From NCBI GenBank assembly GCA_035193785.1, contig CP136572.1:2324578-2388577 (forward strand): 64,000 nucleotides of DNA. The letters are read 5' to 3'. This document shows positions 21,143 through 33,800 of this stretch, piece after piece; position 1 is the first letter of the stretch; each line of letters starts with the position of its first letter. A program made the position numbers and the translations under genes. This stretch comes from Planktothrix sp. GU0601_MAG3. GTDB lineage: Bacteria; Cyanobacteriota; Cyanobacteriia; Cyanobacteriales; Microcoleaceae. Below the pieces are notes generated by a model. The model did no database searches. It had not been told where the DNA came from and saw only the letters and a list, made by a program, of their open reading frames with translations.

Positions 21143-22825
21143 TCAAATAGCACAAAAATCAAAACTTTCTAAATAACAGTTAGAAAAATTAACCTTTTGA
21201 AGGTTTACCCCTTGTAGGTTAGTTTGCTCAAGGGTAAGATCGGAGAAATTACAACTTTTAAGATTAGTCGGTAAATGGCGCAATAGATTAATCAAATTTT
21301 CCCTAATATAACCGGAAGTCAGGGGATATTGTTCTTGGGTTTTTAAGAGAAGATATTTTAAATGGGTTTCTAAGTTTTGTTGAGTTTTAAATTGTTCTAA
21401 CAAAGAGTCTACAATCGGATTAATGATTTTTCTAATTTTGCTATTTCTGATATCGTCTTTGCTAGTAGCTACCATTAACGCATGGCTCTTAAAAAGATTA
21501 AATTCTCCAGTAATTAATTCTTGAGTGACGGTAATAATAAATTTTTGGGTAATGTATTCTATTAACACCGATTGCAGGGTAAAATAGTGTTGATTTTCTA
21601 TTTTTTCTAGCAACATTTTCAGGTGTAATGATTCTAAATAATCGGATAAATGGTGTTGAGTGAGCACCGAAATTAAATTCGGTTTTAATTCCAAGATAGA
21701 AACAGGTTGTCCGTGAATTGCTAACCAAAATAGAATCTGATTTTCTTCAGGACAGGAAGCCTCAAAATGCCAATCCAATAATTCTCTCAGACCTTCAAAA
21801 AATAAATTTCCTGTATTCAGAAATTCCTTAATATTCCCCGCAAATACGCTTTGAACATGACAAGCGGTTAACTTTAATGCTAAAGGATTTCCTTGATAAA
21901 AATTAATTAAGGTTTCCCATTCAGTTTCGCTGGCAAAAAATTCACCTTTTTCTTTAAACAATTGCTTTCCTTGGTCAATAGTTAACCCCCCCAACAGGAA
22001 AAAACGCACGGGTTGATGTTGACCTACTGATTTTTCTAAATGACTAATCTTGACCCGACTGTTTAAAATCAAACAACTTTGATGGGAAACTACTGCAATT
22101 TTTTCTAATAATTGTTGATAGTCTTCATAACCGGGTTTGTATTTTCCGATGTGAGTTTCTGTGGCGATAATTTTCTCAATATTATCTAAGATCAATAAGT
22201 ATCGATGTTGTTTTAAATAAGCAATTAATAGAGCAATTTGTTGTTCTAAACTATCCGGTAAATCAGCCTTTTCTTGATGAGATAAGAATAAAATCCAGTC
22301 CTTAATTATCTCCTGAATTGGAGGCGCATTAAAAAGCGATCGCCAAATAACTCCCTCAAATTCTCCCTTAACTGCCTCTGCTAATTTCACAGAAAGGTTA
22401 GTTTTTCCTTTTCCCGGAAGTCCTACCACAGAAACTAGACGACAATGATCTTGGATTACCCATTGTTTCAGGGTGTTTAAATCAGTTTCTCGGCCCAAAA
22501 AATAAGATACATCCGGTACATCTGCCCAATCTTCTCGGGTATTATATTTTGCTGGGTAAATAGAAGAAAGCGATCTGTCTAACACTGCTTTAACATTAAA
22601 TTTCGTAACTTTTTCATCGAAAACTTGACTCAATAATTGCCACAATAAAGACGCTTGTTTTTTAATAATATCTTCAGTTGCGTTAGTCAGACCAGCAATC
22701 CTTCGATATTGATTATTATTATTTAATACTTCCCGCAAAATATCCACTTGAATATCTTTCAAGTATTTTCCGCTTTTCTGATAAACAATCTGCTTGATAG
22801 ATTCAACAATTCGTTCAGTATCCAT
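21143..22825 (-). CDS. HTH plus NB-ARC (STAND) NTPase ending after a pentapeptide segment; no WD40 domain
   Basis: DWADVPDVSYFLGRETDLNTLKQWVIQDHCRLVSVVGLPGKGKT (Walker A), LLILDNIE (Walker B), YQGNPLALKL, NLQGVNLQKVNFSN. Confidence 0.85.
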   Translation of the reverse strand: MDTERIVESIKQIVYQKSGKYLKDIQVDILREVLNNNNQYRRIAGLTNATEDIIKKQASLLWQLLSQVFDEKVTKFNVKAVLDRSLSSIYPAKYNTREDWADVPDVSYFLGRETDLNTLKQWVIQDHCRLVSVVGLPGKGKTNLSVKLAEAVKGEFEGVIWRSLFNAPPIQEIIKDWILFLSHQEKADLPDSLEQQIALLIAYLKQHRYLLILDNIEKIIATETHIGKYKPGYEDYQQLLEKIAVVSHQSCLILNSRVKISHLEKSVGQHQPVRFFLLGGLTIDQGKQLFKEKGEFFASETEWETLINFYQGNPLALKLTACHVQSVFAGNIKEFLNTGNLFFEGLRELLDWHFEASCPEENQILFWLAIHGQPVSILELKPNLISVLTQHHLSDYLESLHLKMLLEKIENQHYFTLQSVLIEYITQKFIITVTQELITGEFNLFKSHALMVATSKDDIRNSKIRKIINPIVDSLLEQFKTQQNLETHLKYLLLKTQEQYPLTSGYIRENLINLLRHLPTNLKSCNFSDLTLEQTNLQGVNLQKVNFSNCYLESFDFCAI

Positions 22826-23099
22826 TGCACGGTAGGGAATTAATTAATAGTAGTTGAAACCCGATCTATTTCCCTGGGTGCAGGGATTTAGACCTATTAA
22901 TTCACTTTTTATCACTTTATTCTAGCAGAATCGTCACTTTGTGGCACTTTTTTTTTCCTGAGTCGGTGGTAATCTATTGCCATCATCAAATTTTTCCGAC
23001 AACAGTTGACTTTTGGACATCGCACCGAGTCGCCAAAAGATACCCATGCTCTGGGGATGTTTTCAGACAGAGGCGAGGTTTGAAATGTGCAACTAGCGA

Positions 23100-23245
23100 A
23101 GAAACCAGGTTTTTCCAGAAATTCGCTCCTTGAAACCCAAGTCCATCAAAAACCCGGTTTCTGACCCAGCCCATATCCAAGAAACCGGGTTTTTCCCCAA
23201 AGCTCACGGGCGGAAAATTGACTTTTGTTAAAAACCCGGTTTCTG
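23100..23245. repeat. Cluster of AGAAACCGGGTTT-type palindromic repeats
   Basis: Four copies near 23100, 23149, 23180 and 23230. Confidence 0.7.
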
Positions 23246-23278
23246 GCCCACTATCAACCCTTAACCATCAGTAAGACT

Positions 23279-26200
23279 ATGAAAACTATCAACACTTTAG
23301 AAACAACGGAAACTTCTCCGGTACAGCAAGCGTTACAAATTGCGAAAAATCAACTCAATAATTTTGCTACATCTGCGGATTTTAAGACTCAGATGCAAAT
23401 AGCATTAGGGACTCAAAGAAATTGGGAAACAACGGATTTAATTAATTTCCCGGCTATTGAAATTCGTCCTGCGGCTGAAATTAATAATGCGAGTGGTGCT
23501 TTTGCTGCTGCTACGAATACGATTTATTTATCCCAGGAGTTAGTGAATGAAAATACAGGGAATGTAGGGGCGATCGCATCAGTTTTATTAAAGGAGAACT
23601 CAGTTATGATTTGTTAGATATCAAAACTAATTTAGGATTTGACCTTCAGCAAGATTTTACATTCGATCCCGATAATATACGAGTTACAATGTCTTTGGAA
23701 GGGCAGCCAGAGCAAACTGGAATACTAGGAGATCCAAACACAAAATTTACTTTTCAAGCTCCTTCTGAGGGTTGTGGACTTCTAGAAGTAGAAGCTAAAT
23801 ATGAACTTCTGGGTACAGTCGGAAATGAGCTTGGGTTGACACCTCGTGGGTCATTAGACGTGAAGGGACTGGACGTAGCTTTAGATGTCAATATAGGAAG
23901 TTATAAGTTTCCTACTTTCGATCCTCCTCCACTTTATGGCCCCAAGCAATTTCCCGAAGGCGGTTTAGTTGGTAACCCAATTTCTATAGCTGGTAAAGAT
24001 GCTCCTATTAAACTTGAGCCAATTGATATCACGACAGTTGGTGAAGAAGATGTCAGCAAAAACATCATCATTGAAAAAACTTACCAGGTTCCTTATAATC
24101 TACCAATTTCTATCTCAGATGCTCGTGTAATAGAGGGTAACAACGGTACAACAAATGCAGTCTTCACCGTGTCATTACGTGAAGCTTCTAGTGAGCCATT
24201 AATACTTGAATACAGCACCAGTGATAGTAATGCTGCCGCTGGGAGTGACTATGTTCAAGCTACTAATAGTAGTGTTACTATTTCAGCAGGACAAGATACG
24301 GCTGAAATTATTGTACCCATAATAGGAGATACAGCAGTTGAGTCAACAGAAACGTTCACTCTGACTCTCAAAGAGCCATCCGGTAAGCTCTTTGCTGAAT
24401 GTGAAGGAGTGGATTCAGTCAGTGCTACTGGCATCATTACTGACGATGATGAAAAAGAAGAACCCGATCCACCAGAACCAAATCCCCATGAATTCAACGA
24501 CCCTCGTTATATCACAATTGATGGGAAATCTCTCGAATTTCAAGCGGCTGGAGAATTCACGTTACTTGAATCCTTGAACGACGATTACAAAATACAAATC
24601 CGACAACAACCTGTTGGAAATGACCCCCTAAAAAATGCTTCCAATGCCACTGCTGTTGCGACTATTTTAGGAGGTAAACGAGTCGGACTTTATCAAGACA
24701 GTCAACAACTTTTAATTGATGGAGTCCCCACCACCATACCCGATAACGAATACATTTTTGTTGGGGAAGGTCGAATCTATCGAGAAGGAAATGTTTACAG
24801 TTTTGTCTATCCCAAAGGAGATCAACTGATCGCCACAATGACAGAAAATCGGATTAATGTTAGCCTTTTTCTGTCTCCAGAACGACGAGATACCGTCAGA
24901 GGTATATTTGGAACTTACAACGATAACCCCGATGATGACTTGATCAAATCCGATGGAAACGGTCTTAACTTCACCCATTTCTCCAGAACAACTATATGGC
25001 GAATATGCTGATAGTTGGCGAGTCGGTCAAACTGAATCTCTATTCGACTATCAACCGGGTGAAGATACGAATAAATTTACTATCAGCAATTATCCTCGCC
25101 AAAAAGTTAAACTCTCCGATCTTGATCCGGCAGATATTCAAAAAGCAGAAGAATTAATTGGCGATCGCATTACCGATCCCACCATCCGAGAAACTGCAAT
25201 TATTGATTTAGTTCTGACGGATTTTGACCCCGACATTATTGAAACCGCCATCAATGTTCCATCCCCGCAAAGTTCCGTAATTATTCGAGTTGACCCCGAA
25301 GCAAAAGCTGATTTTACCAGTACCTTTGCCAATACCCCCGTCAAAATTAATCCCCTCACTAACGATATCGTTACCACCGGAATTCCCCTATCCTTAACAG
25401 GGTATGATCAAACCACTGCTAAAGGTGGCACAATTCAACTCGATAATAATGGGACTCCCGACGATAAAACCGATGATCAATTAACCTATACACCTCCGAC
25501 TAATTTTGTCGGTGTGGATACCATTAATTATGTCATTGCTGATGATCAAAAAACCGCAACAGGAACTATCACCGTTGCTGTTCCTGCCATAAACCTTAAC
25601 GCTCTTAATGGTGACAATGGTTTTGCTGTAACAGGTGCAGCAGGCACTTTTGCTGGCAGTTCTCTCAGTAATATTGGAGACTTCAACGGTGATACCATTG
25701 ATGACTTTATTGTGGGAGGATTTGCAGCCGATCCTAATAATATTAATGCCACAGGGGAAAGTTATGTTGTCTTTGGAACCAATCAAGGATTTCCTGCTAA
25801 CTTTGACCTGTCTACCATCAACGGGACGAATGGGTTTATTATCGAAGGATTTGAAGCGGAAAGTTTTAGTGGTGGCGCTGTTAGTTCAGCCGGAGATTTG
25901 AACGGAGATGGCTTAAAAGATTTAATCATTGGTGCTTTTTCTTCAGATTCCAATAGTCTTAATGATTCCGGTCGAACTTACGTTATTTTAGGTTCAAATC
26001 AAACATTCTCAACTCGATTTAATCTAGCTAATCTAAATGGTAATAACGGCTTTGTGATTAACAGTAATCAACCCTTAGATTATTCTGGTCTTGCCGTCAG
26101 TAGTGCCGGAGATTTCAACAATGATGGATTAGATGATTTAGCAGTTGCAGCCCCGGCTGGAATTAATACGTTTTTAGGTAAAGTTTATCTTGTCTACGGT

Positions 26201-27077
26201 CGTCTTAATGGTTTTCCTCCCGCCTTCAACCCCACCGATTTGCAATGGGACGACGGTATTGTAATTAACCATAATAACGGGTTAGCAGGAACCACCGTTA
26301 GTAACGCGGGGGATATCAACGGAGATCAAATAGATGATTTAATTATCGGTGCAGAACAAGGCTCACTTGAAGGCAATCCTAAAGGGGGAGAAACCTACGT
26401 TTTGTTTGGCAAAGATGGAGGATATCAAAAGGGATTTTCTCTTTCCAAATTAGACGGAACTAATGGATTTACAATCAAAGGTGATGGCTATTCTGTCTCA
26501 TCAGTTAGCGGTGCAGGAGATATTAATGCTGATGGTTTAGAAGACATCATTATCGGTGTTTCTCAATCTCCAGGCAACAATCAAACCAATGCCGGAAAAG
26601 CTTATGTTGTATTTGGAACTCAAGCCGGATTTACTCAACAACTAGACCTGTTTACCCTGAATGGAAATAACGGATTTGTGATTAATGGAGTAGAAACCCG
26701 ATGAATTATTAGGAGGTTCCGTCAAAGGCGCAGGGGATATCAACGGAGATAAGATTGATGATATTATCATTGGTGCTTCAGGAGCCACTGCAAATGGAAT
26801 TAAAAGTGCCGGAAAAACCTATATTGTTTTTGGTAGCAATAAAGGATTTCCTGCTAGTTTAAATAGTTCAGACTTGAACGGTGAAAAGGGCTTTTTCTTA
26901 AATGGAACCGCCGAAAATGAATTATCAGGCGTTGCTGTTAGTAGTGCCGGGGATATTAACCAAGATAGCGTTAACGATATCCTCATCGGCGCACCTGGCA
27001 GTTTATTTGATAATACCGCAGGCAAGAGTTATGTTGTTTTTGGAAATTCCACCTTTGGTAATCAATCTGTAATCTGA
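23279..27077 (+). CDS. Large secreted adhesin-like protein (Calx-beta, VWD, cadherin/Ig-like, FG-GAP repeats), fragmented
   Basis: Calx-beta ISISDARVIEGNNGTTNAVFTVSL. VWD DPRYITIDGKSLEFQAAGEFTL...GIFGTYNDNPDDDL...YADSWRV. Repeated AGDxNGDGxxDxIIGA. Shifts at GAAAC 24956 and 26693, plus a different out-of-frame junction near 23590. Confidence 0.75.
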
Positions 27078-27109
27078 TTAAAACAGATTAGATCCTAATC
27101 GTTCACACT

Positions 27110-27438
27110 GTAGGGGCAGGTTCTGAGTTAATCTTTAATTCTCAGCAATAATGTTGCTAAACCCGCCCCTCTTAAATGTGATCGCATTTTACTATTAACC
27201 TGTATTCAAACAATAAAATTGATTACAGGTTAAGAAATGCGATCGCCTGGGAATAGAGGGCGGGTTTAGGGAGATAATTACTCATAATTAAAGATCATCT
27301 CGGAACCTGCCCCTATGGTTGAATTGTTAATTATTTATCAAATGCGATCGCATTCTTCTAACAACAAAACCTAGGGGCGAGTTCCGCGAGAATATTCAAT
27401 TCTCACCAATAATCTTGCTAAACTAACCTATCTCGCCC
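27110..27438. repeat. Three REP-like TAGGGGCRGG...CCGCCCCT units in alternating orientation
   Basis: Units at about 27110-27170, 27255-27315 and 27372-27438, separated by HIP1 or HIP1-like sites. Confidence 0.65.
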
Positions 27439-27484
27439 ATCTTAAAGGCGATGACTTATATTAATATTTTACGAGAAAAACACC

Positions 27485-27742
27485 ATGCCAGATGCTCTAA
27501 TGTACAATGAGGATACCTTTATGGTGTTAGAAACCAATGAACCGGAACAGTTTATGAATGTTGCGGAACTCTTGGAGAAACTCAAATCCGTTTTGTCTGA
27601 CCATCAAGACAATTTACCCCAGGATTTACAACGCTTTAACACTCTTGATACCCAAGCCCAATATCTCTTAAATACAGGTTGCGATCTCAACCTAAGTCCG
27701 GGTCAATATTTACAGTGGTATGCTGTTAGATTAGAGAAATAG
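27485..27742 (+). CDS. CRR7-like NDH-1 assembly factor
   Basis: MPDALMYNEDTFMVLETNEPEQF...LSPGQYLQWYAVRLEK. Confidence 0.8.
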   Translation: MPDALMYNEDTFMVLETNEPEQFMNVAELLEKLKSVLSDHQDNLPQDLQRFNTLDTQAQYLLNTGCDLNLSPGQYLQWYAVRLEK

Positions 27743-27803
27743 GGTGAACTGTTACGGATTTATCAGCTATTATTTTTAGCTGTTTAAATCCGTAGCAACT
27801 CAA

Positions 27804-29280
27804 TTACTTATGTCTAATGAATTCGTAAATGGCTAAATAATCAGTTCCAGGTTGGTTCCAAGAATAGTCATAATTCATGCCTTGAATTCTCAATTTTTCA
27901 AATTCATCGGGATAGTAATTATACAATCCAATAGCTCGATCCATGGCGGATTCTAGGGCTTGATCATCGGTGTAGTTAAAAACATAACCATTGCGTTCTT
28001 CTGGTTTGTGATATTCGTCATAATCCCGATCAAAAACCGTATTAACTAACCCGCCCACAGCCCGAACAACTGGAACCGCACCATATCTTAACCCAATCAT
28101 TTGAGTTAACCCGCAGGGTTCATAATTACTCGGAACCACAATAATATCAGCCGCTGCATAAATCAAATGGGATAATTCCTCATTAAACCCAAGTTCTAAA
28201 TGACAATCGGGGTTATTATTTAAAAAGTTCTTTTCATGCCAAAACCAAGAATTAATACTGGGTTCCGTTGCCGATCCTAATAACACAAATTGGGCTTGTC
28301 GATGCAGGGCATAATAAATAGCATGATGAACCAGATGCACGCCTTTTTGATCATCTAAACGACCAATATAACAAATCAGAGGTTTATCATCATGACTTAA
28401 CCACAATCTTTCCCGTAGAGCTTTTTTATTCTTTTCCTTTCCTGTTAAATCTTCGGAAACTATAGGGGTAGGGAATAAATGGATCAATTTCAGGATTCCA
28501 AACCGCATAATCAATCCCGTTTAATATTCCACCAAATTTATGTTGATGCAGTTCTAAGGTATGTCCTAAACCATAGCCAAATTCTCCATAATGGGCTTCC
28601 CAGGCATGGTTAGGAGATACGGTTGTGACAAAGTTAGAGTAGACAATTCCTCCCTTCATAGAATTTAATCCAAAGGGGTTGAAATTATCCCGCAAACGGT
28701 CATATTCAAAATAGTAGGATTCTCGGTTTAATCCCGTTGCCCAAAGGATATTTGTCCCCGCGATTCCTTGATGTTTGAAGTTGTGGATAGTATAACAAAC
28801 TCGTATATTTTCCATGCCGTGATATTTGTACATTTCATACAACATCACAGGCAATAAACCAGTTTGCCAATCATGGCAATGGAGAATATCGGGACGCTTA
28901 TCAGTTCTGAGCAAAAATTCCAGGGCAGCTTTACTAAAAAAGGCAAAGCGTAAATGGTCGTCTACACAACCATAATAGCAACCTCGGTTGAAGAAATTAT
29001 CTTCGGAGTGAGGTTCAATAAAAAAGCATAACCGCCCATGAACCCAACCACAAAAAACCGTGCAGCGTATGGCGCCATCAAACCAGGGAACATAGAGATC
29101 TTGATAGGCTTCATGAAGTCCCCAAATTTGGTCATACCTCATGCAGTCGTACTTGGGCAAAATAATTTCAATGGTATGACCCCGTAGTTCTAACTCCCTA
29201 CTGAGTCCGTACACAACATCGCCTAAGCCTCCCGCTTTGATGACTGGGGCGCATTCAGAGGCAATTTGTACGATGTACAT
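27804..29280 (-). CDS. glgA: Glycogen synthase (apparent frameshift at 28456-28460)
   Basis: Motifs ASECAPVIKAGGLGDV, HCHDWQTG, GILNGIDYAVWNP, PSNYEPCGLTQMIGLRYG. Corrected junction YPYSSEDLTGK. Confidence 0.95.
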
Positions 29281-29473
29281 CCTGTTTCCTCACTCCAAAC
29301 CGTGATGTTTTGTCTTCCCCATAGTAATCATGTTGGCTACAATAGTAAAGTCCTAAAGTATGATTTTTTTTGCGGGTTGAATCAATTTTCAGCAGAATTG
29401 CCGGGTTTAGTTGGGGAACTGATTCAGTTTGACTTCCTGTTTTTGATGATTAAATTATAGTTTCAACCTAATT

Positions 29474-30685
29474 TCATGGATTAGCAAAGGTATTAATTTC
29501 CCCCCCGCCAATATAACGACCTGGAACCTGGTTAGGAACGGAAAAATTGGGTTGGGGTTGACCGATTTGACCCTGTTGTATATTGGGATTCATATTACTG
29601 GGGGTCATGTAGTTATTCGGTTGAACAGGTTGAACGGTGCTGTTAATATTCGTGTTAGGTGTAACTGAATAGGAGGGAACGGTATTATTTAAAGGTAAGG
29701 AATTGAAGTTGGCATACCCAGAATTGGGGACGCTTCCAGGCGTAACCGTTGGCATATTAGGAACCGCCGGAGGCAGGGTGACGTTTGTTTGATAGGGATT
29801 AATCACAGGCAGGGGAACCGTACCAACAGCCGGATTAGGATTGTTTCTAGGAACACTCCAACTGGGTTGAGTAACCTGTCCTGTAAGGGTTGGGGTTCCA
29901 GTAAAAGGTGTAACACCAACTGCTGTTCCGAGGCTGGGATCTAAGGCGGAATTAGAATTAGTGAGATTATTTAGAGGGTTATTGGCGGAATTTGTATCGT
30001 TGATTAGTGAGTTTTTTGAAGCCTCAGTTGTTTCAGAGGGTGTAGCCGAATCCGTGTTTTCTGTTTCCTGGGTTTGCAGATAGTTCTGCATAGCTTGTTG
30101 TAGGGGAGTTTTTGCCGTTTCAGGATCTGTGGTTTCCGTTGCCGGGGAGCCTAAACCCTTGAGACCCAAGTTAGAACCAGCAGTAGCAGAGTTAGGAGAA
30201 TTTTCAGAAACCGGATTGGAAAGATTGGAGGCTTTTGGAGAATTTTCCGCTACGGGAGGTTGATTTGTGGAATTGGATGGGGGAAATAAACTATCTAATA
30301 AAGGATTAGACCGAGAACTCGGTTCGGGTTTTTTATCTGTATTTTGAGTTTGTTTAAGTAAATCTTTGTTTACCTCACTATTAGAATTTAAAGGTGAAAC
30401 AAAGGAATTATTACTCCCTAATGCCTCTAGTAAAACTTTAGAGTTATCAATATCCGCAGCAATTGATTGTTGTTCCGGGGTGAGTTGACTCGCGGAGTTG
30501 CCAGGATTTAGGGTGGATTCTCCTTCTAAACTAAACCATTCGGGGTTTTCAGAAAATTGCCAAAAGAAAATCCCCACCACTGCCAGAACGCTGACAGAAC
30601 CCCAAATACGAGGTTGGAGGAGAAACCGCAATTCCTCCCCTACGGCACGAATAGATTCAGGAATTCGGTGTGACATAACTGACAA
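29474..30685 (-). CDS. Hypothetical protein with N-terminal TM and N/P/S-rich body
   Basis: 403-aa ORF ending PGRYIGGGEINTFANP. Confidence 0.75.
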   Translation of the reverse strand: MSVMSHRIPESIRAVGEELRFLLQPRIWGSVSVLAVVGIFFWQFSENPEWFSLEGESTLNPGNSASQLTPEQQSIAADIDNSKVLLEALGSNNSFVSPLNSNSEVNKDLLKQTQNTDKKPEPSSRSNPLLDSLFPPSNSTNQPPVAENSPKASNLSNPVSENSPNSATAGSNLGLKGLGSPATETTDPETAKTPLQQAMQNYLQTQETENTDSATPSETTEASKNSLINDTNSANNPLNNLTNSNSALDPSLGTAVGVTPFTGTPTLTGQVTQPSWSVPRNNPNPAVGTVPLPVINPYQTNVTLPPAVPNMPTVTPGSVPNSGYANFNSLPLNNTVPSYSVTPNTNINSTVQPVQPNNYMTPSNMNPNIQQGQIGQPQPNFSVPNQVPGRYIGGGEINTFANP

Positions 30686-30843
30686 ACAGCCGATCGCTGG
30701 CTTGAAAGGAACAGGGGTAGGTAGTCGAGTAATTCAGATAACAAATGCTGGGTTTTGTACCCCAACCACTAAGGAACAAAACCCCCTATGATTATTATAG
30801 CCTGTAAATTCAATGTCGAAATCCATCTTGTGAGGCTATCCTA

Positions 30844-33800
30844 GTGGAAAAAAATATAGAAATTTTAGCGAATCGAGAGGAACTAATTGATCGAGCTTTA
30901 GAAATCCTTCTGGCTAAAATCACAGAAGCAATTGAAACTCGAAATCAATTTACAATTGCTTTAGCCGGAGGAAGTACCCCCAAACCCTTATATGAAGCCC
31001 TAGCCAAACAATCTTTACCTTGGGATAAAATTCATGTCTTTTGGGGAGATGAACGCTATGTGGAGGTGCGATTCGTTTAACCTAAAATAAGCTAAAAAGC
31101 TTATGGGACGGTTAACCCAGTTAATAAAACTGGTGATAACTGATTACATTTATGGGTGAAATTCCGTGAATTAAGTCCCATCCCTCAAGTGCTGAGGTGA
31201 AAGCATAACCCCTAGTTTGCTTGAGTAGCAACCAACAGGCTAAAGCGGGGTTAAAAGGTAGAACTACTGGTAGCCAAACCTGGTAACTACTGAGTCAGAA
31301 GTCCATGCGTAGCGCAAGCAAAGATGTGTCTGAACCATCGTTAAGTGTAATGGTGTAACGGCTGAATCAGAATAAAACCGTTGAAAATACGGTAAAGACT
31401 GACTAACACCAAGCCAAAAGGCAAGGATAGGGCATAAGCGGTTCTCTACCCGACTTATAAGCACCGCCCAATAAACCCGGTGGAGAGCATCACGCTAAAG
31501 ACTTCAAACAAATGTGTAATCGGAACGAAGTAACCCCTATATATCTCTGGAGAGGTCGAAAATCCAGTAAGTAGCTAACGAACGATATATAGGGAAAGGA
31601 TGGTGTCAAAAGCGAATGCCCTTGGTAATGCAAGGGATATGCTGACAGACGCTCGGTAATTCCAAAGAAATAGAACAAGTAGCAATATATATGTCTAAAA
31701 CGCTGAATAAAAATCAGACGGTGGAATGGAGCGAAATCAATTGGCGCAAAGCTGAAAGATTGACGTTCAAGTTGCAAAAGCGGATATTTCGAGCGAGTGA
31801 AACGAGGCGATGTGAAAGCAGTTCGTAAACTTCAAAAGACCCTGATTAATTCCTGGAGTGCCAAATGTATTGCGGTTCGTCGGGTAACACAAGATAACCA
31901 AGGCAAAAAGACGGCGGGAGTGGACGGGGTTAAATCCCTGACCCCGAAGCAACGTATAAACTTGGTAGGCAAGTTAAAGTTAACCAATAAGGCAAAACCA
32001 ACTCGTAGAGTTGACATTCCCAAACCTGGTTCAACAGAAACCCGTCCATTAGGAATGCCCACAATCAACGACCGTGCATTGCAAACGTTAGTCAAACTAA
32101 CGTTAGAACCAGAATGGGAGGCGCTCTTTGAGCCAAACAGTTATGGTTTCAGACCAGGAAGTTCCTGTCACGATGCGATTGAAGCAATATTTAATAATAT
32201 TAGATACAAGTCCAAATATGTACTTGATGCTAATATCTCAAAATGCTTTGACCGCATAGACCACAAAGCGTTAATCTCCAAAATACACACATACCCTACA
32301 TTAAGCCGTCTTATTAAATCATGGCTTAAAGCAGGGTACTGGGACGGAAAAGAACTTTTTCCTACTAATGATGGTACACCACAAGGGGGGGTAATTTCAC
32401 CCCTACTTGCAAATATTGCCCTACATGGTATGGAAGAAAGAGTTAAGCAATATGCAGAAACTCTAAAAGGAAGAAAACGTGAAAATCGTGAATCCCTTAG
32501 TTTAATCCGATACGCTGATGATTTTGTGATAATCCACGAAGATTTAAACATTATCAAAAAGTGTCAAGAGATAATTGCCAACTGGTTAAGTGATATAGGA
32601 TTGGAATTAAAACCAAGCAAGACAAAATTAACCCACACCCTCAATGAAATTGATGGAAACGTTGGGTTTGAGTTCTTAGGATTCCATATACAGCAGCATA
32701 AGGTAGGTAAATACCGCGCTGCATCAAATGGACATTTCAAGTTAGGTTTTAAAACAATAATCACACCCTCAAAAGCCAAAATCAAAACTCATCTTATCAG
32801 AATAGCTGAAGTAATAGATACCCATAAGACCGCCCCACAAGCTGCTTTAATTAGCAAGCTGAATCCTATTATTAGAGGCTGGTCAAACTATTATTCAACA
32901 GTGGTTAGTAAAGAAACTTTTGATAAAGTTGACTCACTAACTTATGACAAGTTGAGAGCTTGGGCAAGAAGGCGGGGAAAAGGGAACATCAATAAAGATA
33001 AATACTGGAGAACAGTAAATGACAGAAATTGGTGTTTCAGTACAGAAGATGGATTAAAATTACTCACCCATAGCAGTACGCCAATCGTAAGGCATACAAA
33101 GGTTAAAGGTGAAGCTAGTCCGTTTGATGGTAACTGGATTTATTGGAGTAAACGACGAGGCGAATACCCAGAAACTCCTACAAGGGTTTCCAAACTAATC
33201 AAAAAACAAAAAGGTATTTGTCCTCACTGTGGTCTGTATTTTTCAAGTACAGACATCGTAGAAGTTGACCATATTAAACCAACGTCATTAGGTGGAAAAG
33301 ACATCTATGATAACCTTCAACTTCTACAGAAACATTGTCACGACATAAAAACGGCTAAAGATGGTTCCTTAACTAAAAGTAAGTAATTACCAATAGTTGA
33401 AAACTATGAAAATAACCCGTTTTGAATCGTATCCATAACAAGGATGGAATTATCAAGGAGCCGTGTGAGGCGAAAGTTTCATGCACGGTTTCTGAAGGAG
33501 AGGTAGGAGTGGTAACGCTTTTATCGACTCTAACCCAGAGCACCCCGATAGTAACCAAAAAATGGCAGCCCAGGCTTGGCTGGATCGGGTGAATTTCCCA
33601 GCCACTAATATTCATCCAATGCCAACTTTGGCTAATAATCCCATTGCCGATGCAGAACAATACAATAAGGAGTTAGTAGAATTTTTCGCGCTCAATGCCG
33701 GAGAGTTCCCGGCTTTTGATGTGGTTTTATTGGGGATGGGAGATGATGCTCACACCGCATCTTTATTTCCCCATACCGCGGCCTTAACCGTTGAGGATCG

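Noticed and set aside
23100..23245. GAAAC/GTTTC within AGAAACCGGGTTT repeats as more insertion errors
   Set aside because: They recur consistently as part of the palindrome, so they are probably genuine. Not every GAAAC is an error.
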